A stretch of 29,769 bases of DNA from positions 1 to 29,769 of the IMG/VR virus record IMGVR_UViG_3300020557_000020, one strand, 5' to 3'. Source of the stretch: a virus (Duplodnaviria; Caudoviricetes). Position 1 is the first letter of the stretch. Every line of letters starts with the position of its first letter. Shown in pieces: positions 24,548 through 29,769 of this stretch. A program made the translations under genes and the position numbers. Below the pieces are notes generated by a model, which saw nothing but the letters and a program-made list of their open reading frames with translations, was not told the origin of the DNA and made no database searches.

Positions 24548-25185
24548 TGGCGAGCCTTATTCCGCCGTACAACCCAAATCTGCCGCAGGCGCAGGAGTCA
24601 TACTCTCGCCCCGTGCAGGAGCAAACTAACAACGTATTGCGCCTGTATTTTAGTCAACTCAGTAATATCCTGCGGTCTTTAACGGGCACGTACGGGGGGC
24701 AGTACGTAGACTGCCCAAACGGTTTGTTTTTTAGTACGGTAGACCACACACCGGCAGCGGCGAATACTGGGTACCCCATCAATTTCGAGAACACGTATCT
24801 TAGTAACGGGGTTTCCCGCACCGACACGACGCGGATTACGTGCGCTGTCAGCGGCGTCTATAACTTTCAGTTTTCGGGGCAGGTATCCAGCACGAGTTCT
24901 AGCTCGAAAACCGTGTATATCTGGCTTCGTCGTAGCGGCGTCGATATTGGGTACTCCACCCATGCGTACACGATCAGCGGGTCGGGTACCTACTTAGAGG
25001 TTAGCTGGAACTTCAACATTGATATGACGGCGGGGCAGTACATGGAAATCGTGTTTGCCGGGGACAGCACCAACGTGATGTTAGACGCCGTAGCTGCCGC
25101 AACCCCGCATCCGGGTATCCCCTCGGCGGTAATCGCAGTAAACTTCGTCGCGCCGCTTCCGGCGACCCTTCCAACCCCTCCCTAG
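24547..25185 (+). CDS. hypothetical virion protein with a C1q-like C-terminal domain
   Basis: 'VLRLYFSQL' N-terminus; 'SGVYNFQFSGQ' and 'AGQYMEIVF' segments. Confidence 0.6.
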   Translation: MASLIPPYNPNLPQAQESYSRPVQEQTNNVLRLYFSQLSNILRSLTGTYGGQYVDCPNGLFFSTVDHTPAAANTGYPINFENTYLSNGVSRTDTTRITCAVSGVYNFQFSGQVSSTSSSSKTVYIWLRRSGVDIGYSTHAYTISGSGTYLEVSWNFNIDMTAGQYMEIVFAGDSTNVMLDAVAAATPHPGIPSAVIAVNFVAPLPATLPTPP

Positions 25186-25220
25186 TGTATGATTACGCGC
25201 AGATTTAATTGAGGTGCTAT

Positions 25221-26789
25221 ATGAGCGGACTTTCCACCCTTTCCAAACAAATCGCTAAACACGGTCGTTACGGTGATGACGAGATCCTCCACGTTAATAA
25301 GGCTGAGATCGCCGGACTAGATAACCTCGCGCGCCAGATTTACGGGCACCCGCTGACGCGTAATCCGGCTACAGGCCAGAAAGAAGCGTTCTTGTTCCTC
25401 CCGTTCTTGGCTCCCATGTTGGCCAGCGCTGGGGTACTTGGCGCCGGTATGACGGGTCTCGGTGCGTTGGGTACGGGTCTGTTGGCAGGTGGCGCAGGTG
25501 CGTTGGAAGCGTCTGCCCGAGGTATGGACGACCCGCTGAAACAAGGTTTGATGGCGGGCCTCACTGCCGGTGCGGGTTCTGCCTTGTCGAGTGGGATCAT
25601 GGGCGCCGCTGGACAGCCTGGGATAGACGCAACAGCTAACAGCTTGGCAGCGAACATGGGCGGCGGGGCACAAACGGCTGATATGCTAGCTCAGAATATG
25701 GCGGCTGGCGCGACCCCCTCTGGCGCTGCGAATTCGTTAGTCGGGTCTATGGGTAGCACGCCTCTCGTAAACCCCACGGCTATGGCGGATCTCAGTAGCA
25801 CAATGGCTAATTACCCTAACGTGGCAGACAACGGTTTTGCTATCGCCGCCGAGAAGGTCGCGCCCACCATGCAGCCCGCTACTATGCCATCGGCGTTCGA
25901 CATGGCTAAAACTGGCACGACTCAGTTCGGCACGGGTCTAAAGAATCTGGCTACTGATGATAAGGCGCTTGGAGCGTTCTTGTCGGCACCGGCTACCAAA
26001 GGCGCGGCAATCGCGGGAGCAACCGGGTTGGCTGGCATGTCGCAGCTCGATTATGAAGCGAAAACCAAAGCGGAGAATGATGCGCGTGACGCTGAAAAGC
26101 AGCAGAAGTACGACGCGCTTAAAAACCAGATAAAACAGCGATATGCTGACGCTGGGCGCACTGGGTGGTGGGATCAGCCGGGCGTGCTACCGGGTGTTAA
26201 TTTTGCCGATGGCGGTTCGGTTACGCTAAGTGCCCGCAAGAACGACGGGTATGACTCCGTCCGTGACTCGATGGCCGACAACTACGTTGGTGCGGGACGT
26301 GAGATCCCCCCGTGGCTACAAGGCTATGGTAAAGACGCACAGGAAAACCAGTGGGGCAACTTAGCGAAGTTCGGGCCCGTCGGCATCATAGCTGGGCTGA
26401 TGGCGAACCCAAGAGCGATGACGAACGAGGCTGCCTTGCGGAGCATGTTTGGCGGTAGCCCGAACAGACAGTCTAACTACGCGCAAGGTGGCCAAGTGTT
26501 CCCGATGCAGGCAGGGGGCTTCGTAGTTCCCAAGTACGCGGTAGACGCGGTTGGCGGCGGGAATAACGACCGTGGGCTTGTAGCTTTGAAGCGTAAAATC
26601 GGCGCCGAGCCGATCCGTGGTAAAGGGACGGGTACGAGCGATTCTATCCCTGCCAAGATCGACGGTAAGATCCCTGCTAAAGTGTCGAACGGCGAAGCGT
26701 ACATCCCCCCGAAAGGCGTCAAGAAAGCGGGCGGCTCCAAGCAGCTGTACAAGATGATGGCGGCGGCTAAGAACTCCCGGAAAGGGTAA
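25221..26789 (+). CDS. putative internal virion / ejection protein
   Basis: SD GAGGTG before ATG 25221; Gly/Ala-rich zipper; 'GRYGDDEILHVN...NPATGQKEAF' and 'GKGTGTSDSIPA...SNGEAYIP' segments. Confidence 0.65.
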   Translation: MSGLSTLSKQIAKHGRYGDDEILHVNKAEIAGLDNLARQIYGHPLTRNPATGQKEAFLFLPFLAPMLASAGVLGAGMTGLGALGTGLLAGGAGALEASARGMDDPLKQGLMAGLTAGAGSALSSGIMGAAGQPGIDATANSLAANMGGGAQTADMLAQNMAAGATPSGAANSLVGSMGSTPLVNPTAMADLSSTMANYPNVADNGFAIAAEKVAPTMQPATMPSAFDMAKTGTTQFGTGLKNLATDDKALGAFLSAPATKGAAIAGATGLAGMSQLDYEAKTKAENDARDAEKQQKYDALKNQIKQRYADAGRTGWWDQPGVLPGVNFADGGSVTLSARKNDGYDSVRDSMADNYVGAGREIPPWLQGYGKDAQENQWGNLAKFGPVGIIAGLMANPRAMTNEAALRSMFGGSPNRQSNYAQGGQVFPMQAGGFVVPKYAVDAVGGGNNDRGLVALKRKIGAEPIRGKGTGTSDSIPAKIDGKIPAKVSNGEAYIPPKGVKKAGGSKQLYKMMAAAKNSRKG

Positions 26790-26791
26790 TC

Positions 26792-27196
26792 ATGTTTGTA
26801 CGGGTCGTGCCCCCTGAGATGGTGCCTCAGCGGTGGAGCGAAGTAGAACCGTGGATTAAACCCGCGTTAGACTACGCGCAGGGCGACTATGAAATAGAGC
26901 ACGTTGAGGTTTATCTAGCGACTGGGCAGTGGATGCTTATCGTAGGTGAGGATGAGACTGGCGTGCGTGGTGCGGCTGCTATACAATTCTTCAACCGCCC
27001 AACGAGCAGGATTGCGTTCGTGGTGGCAATCGGTGGTAAGCTAGTATCAAACCCTGACACCTTTGCTCAGCTAAAGGCAGTCTGCAAACAATACGGGGCA
27101 ACGCATATCGAAGGCGCGGCCCGCGAATCAATAGCCCGTTTATGGCGTAGGTACGGCTTCGAGGAGAAGTACCGCATTGTTGGAGTCGCACTATGA
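26792..27196 (+). CDS. GNAT-like small protein preceding the ejection genes
   Basis: 134 aa alpha/beta ORF ending 'GATHIEGAARESIARLWRRYGF'. Confidence 0.5.
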   Translation: MFVRVVPPEMVPQRWSEVEPWIKPALDYAQGDYEIEHVEVYLATGQWMLIVGEDETGVRGAAAIQFFNRPTSRIAFVVAIGGKLVSNPDTFAQLKAVCKQYGATHIEGAARESIARLWRRYGFEEKYRIVGVAL

Positions 27197-28308
27197 AACG
27201 ACAGATTGGCATTCTTAAACACCCAGGTTTTAATGGCGGCGGCGGCGGCGGCACAACCACCAGCACGAACTACACGTCTAACCTTCCGGAATATGCGAAG
27301 CCGTACTTCGAGGACATCATGGGGCGCGCTCAAGGAGCCTCGTTAACTCCGTACCAACAATACGGCGGCGAGCGTGTGGCGGGGTTCTCTCCGTATCAAC
27401 AGGCGTCTCAACAAATGACCGGCGAACTTGCGCTAAGCGGCACCCCCGCAGGGATGCAATCCGGTCAGCAAATGACGGCGGACGCTGCGAACCGCATGGC
27501 GGCGTACAACTACAACCCGGCGCAGGCACAGTATATGGGTGTCGCCGCAGGGCAGCTTGGCCCACAGCTTGACGCATCGGATACGGGCACCGTTCAACAG
27601 TTTATGTCGCCATACCAACAGCAGGTCGTCGATGTTGAAAAACAAGCGGCGGCGCGGGAGTACCAGATTGCGGACCAGATGCGTAAATCGCAAGCTACGC
27701 GCGCAGGCGCGTTTGGTGGTGCGCGTCAGGCCGTAGAGTCCGCTGAAGCCCAGCGAGGTCTGATGTCTCAGTTGCAAGGGATACAGGCTAAGGGCTCTCA
27801 AGACGCGTTCACGCAGGCACAGCAGGCGTTGCAAGCCCAGCGCTCCGCGCAGATGCAGGCTGGGACGACAAACATTCAGTCCGCGTTGCAAGCCGCACAG
27901 AGCAACCAGCAGGCGTTCCAAGAGGCGCTTCGTCAGGCTGAAGCGTCCCGCCAGTTCGGAGCTACGTCGGGCTTGCAGGCTGCACAGAGCCTCGGGACGA
28001 TGGGCCAGCAGATGGGCGCGATGGGCGAGACCGAACAGAAGCTGGCGTTGGAGCGTGCCCAAGCGTTGTCGGGTGTGGGTAAAGAACAGCAGGCGATGCA
28101 GCAGCAACAGCTTGACCAAGCCTATTCTGATTTCGCCGCTCAGCGCGACTACGAGCAGAACATGATTAACTGGTATAACAGCATCCTGCGCGGGGTGCCT
28201 GTCTCCATGAACCAGTCTGTATACCAGACGACGCCATCGCCAAGCATGGCGTCGCAACTAGCTGGTGCGGGCATTGCGGGTTTAGGTGCGTATAACGCGT
28301 TGAAATAA
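27193..28308 (+). CDS. putative DNA ejection (pilot) protein
   Basis: N-terminal poly-Gly, Q/A-rich helices, 'FMSPYQQQVVD' and 'AGAFGGARQA' segments, C-terminal Gly zipper. Confidence 0.7.
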   Translation: MKRQIGILKHPGFNGGGGGGTTTSTNYTSNLPEYAKPYFEDIMGRAQGASLTPYQQYGGERVAGFSPYQQASQQMTGELALSGTPAGMQSGQQMTADAANRMAAYNYNPAQAQYMGVAAGQLGPQLDASDTGTVQQFMSPYQQQVVDVEKQAAAREYQIADQMRKSQATRAGAFGGARQAVESAEAQRGLMSQLQGIQAKGSQDAFTQAQQALQAQRSAQMQAGTTNIQSALQAAQSNQQAFQEALRQAEASRQFGATSGLQAAQSLGTMGQQMGAMGETEQKLALERAQALSGVGKEQQAMQQQQLDQAYSDFAAQRDYEQNMINWYNSILRGVPVSMNQSVYQTTPSPSMASQLAGAGIAGLGAYNALK

Positions 28309-28319
28309 TAGGTGATTTT

Positions 28320-29769
28320 ATGCTTAACCTCATCCAGCTCCAAGACCGCCTGAAAGACCTGTCCGACCGCCAACTGGCGGAACAGATGCAGATGGGATCT
28401 ATGCCGCAGTATCTCGTTCTGTCAGAGCTACAGCGCCGCAAGAAAATGCGTCAGGACGCTCAGACGCCGAACCAAGCACCCCAAGAGACTGTCGCGGAAG
28501 AGCTGGGTCGAGACGCTATGCAGAACGCCGCTATGGAACACGGTGTAGCGGCCCTCCCGGTGGAGCCTCCAGCGTTCGCAAGCGGCGGCATCGTCTCGTT
28601 TGGTGAGGGTGGTACTACTACGCCGTCTAAGCGATATAAGACGCCCAAGAAGGGTAAAGCCGCCGCGCCTAAAGGTCCGGTGCGTAACGCTAAAGGCGAG
28701 ACGCTACAGCAGGTCATGAAGCGGCTGGGTATCCCCGAGCACTTCGGCGAGTTTCCGATCACGGCTGACGGTGGCACCCTGGGTTGGGAACTTGGCACGC
28801 GCGGCGATAGCATTGATGGCTCTCGTGTGGACATTACTACGAGAATCCCGACGGACCCTGAGCACTTCGAGGAGCTTCGCCCGTTTGTGGTTACACCGCC
28901 AGCTGACGCTAAGCGGACGTATGGCCGCACGTCGATCGACCCTGCCGCACAACCCGTGGCCGGTGGTGCTCCGTCTGTAACGCAGGTTATCCCGCGTTTT
29001 ATCACCCCCGGTGCCGAAGCGTCTGATCTACCTATCCGCGCGCCCGCTGCGGTGGCCCCCGCCCGTTCTGGCGTTGAGGCTTTGTTAGCGGCTCCGGCTA
29101 GTGGCGCCGTTGCCGGTGGTAGTGGTAGCGGCGGAGCCGAAATGAGCGTACCTGTACGCGCGGAAGCGCGTAGCGCACAAGGCGGATCCCCGGCGATGGG
29201 TCGTATGCCGGTTGCTGCCCCCACTGGGGTACGGGCGCTTGCTGAGGCACAAGGCGCGCACGGCGCAGAGCTTTCGAACGATGTGTACCTCTCAGAAACG
29301 GGCGCCGTCGAAGAGGGTGATGCCACACTACACGCTAGCCAAGGCCGCACCCCGACCATGCTGGCAATCCCCGGCCTGTTACCTCCGGGGTTCTACACCA
29401 ACGAGCAGTTGAAAGCTATTCTGGGGGACTCGTTCAACCCTTCTGACACGCTGCCCTTGGAGTTTAGTGGGGGGGGTAATATCTGGGACAAGACGCTGGG
29501 TTTATTCGGCGTCACCCCGAAGCAATACTTCACTGATGAAGAAAAAGCCGCAGCCATAGAAGAGGCTCGAGAGCTGGCCGCGAAGTTGCCGTGGGGTGAA
29601 AAGGTTGCCGCTTCTAAAGCATACGACACGGCGGGTTCGCAGTTAGGGGCCGCAGATACGCGGTTTTATTCGACACTTGGTAGGGTCATACGTAACCAAC
29701 CGGCAGAAGACACTCCGGTCGGGGCTAAAAATATGGCAGGCTGGTACGCGGGGGGGCACCGCCCTGCCG
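28320..29769 (+). CDS. putative ejection protein, partial (apparently runs off the window)
   Basis: ATG 28320 after AGGTG; reads MLNLIQLQDRLKDLSDRQL...PQYLVLSELQRRKKMR and contains 'FASGGIVSF'. It is absent from the ORF track, consistent with no stop in the window. Confidence 0.7.
   Translation, partial: MLNLIQLQDRLKDLSDRQLAEQMQMGSMPQYLVLSELQRRKKMRQDAQTPNQAPQETVAEELGRDAMQNAAMEHGVAALPVEPPAFASGGIVSFGEGGTTTPSKRYKTPKKGKAAAPKGPVRNAKGETLQQVMKRLGIPEHFGEFPITADGGTLGWELGTRGDSIDGSRVDITTRIPTDPEHFEELRPFVVTPPADAKRTYGRTSIDPAAQPVAGGAPSVTQVIPRFITPGAEASDLPIRAPAAVAPARSGVEALLAAPASGAVAGGSGSGGAEMSVPVRAEARSAQGGSPAMGRMPVAAPTGVRALAEAQGAHGAELSNDVYLSETGAVEEGDATLHASQGRTPTMLAIPGLLPPGFYTNEQLKAILGDSFNPSDTLPLEFSGGGNIWDKTLGLFGVTPKQYFTDEEKAAAIEEARELAAKLPWGEKVAASKAYDTAGSQLGAADTRFYSTLGRVIRNQPAEDTPVGAKNMAGWYAGGHRPA

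Noticed and set aside
25165-25193. TATGAT upstream of the 25221 gene as a promoter
   Set aside because: No acceptable -35 or properly spaced extended -10
27433-29359. Minus-strand ORFs of 274 aa and 299 aa
   Set aside because: Antisense to the ejection genes. The real gene from 28320 is on the + strand and is probably missing from the track only because it is truncated by the window.

Overview
Packaging, head, tail and lysis region of a tailed dsDNA phage with podovirus-like gene order. All credible genes are on the + strand: terminase small and large subunits, portal, GroES co-chaperonin, scaffold, major capsid protein, adaptors, tail fibre module, an AT-richer accessory cassette, holins with a GH24 endolysin, tail tube, and ejection-type proteins. 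The most striking feature is a 330-aa intein (1242-2231) inserted in the TerL Walker B motif. It hides a complete HNH-type homing endonuclease gene in the +1 reading frame (1531-2133), with its own near-consensus sigma70 promoter and SD inside the intein codons, while the intein frame stays open throughout. The head module also carries three free-standing homing endonucleases (two HNH, one Hef-like) and two unannotated deletion remnants (GIY-YIG/NUMOD1 and EndoVII-like). Host gene ends next to these elements show patches of shifted codon usage. Other signals are a candidate pseudoknotted leader RNA behind a consensus promoter (11830-11910), a recurring [FMY]xxGGx[VI] peptide tag in small basic and ejection proteins, and a DUF4915-like plus U32-like cassette. 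All product calls come from motif recognition by eye; no database searches were run.
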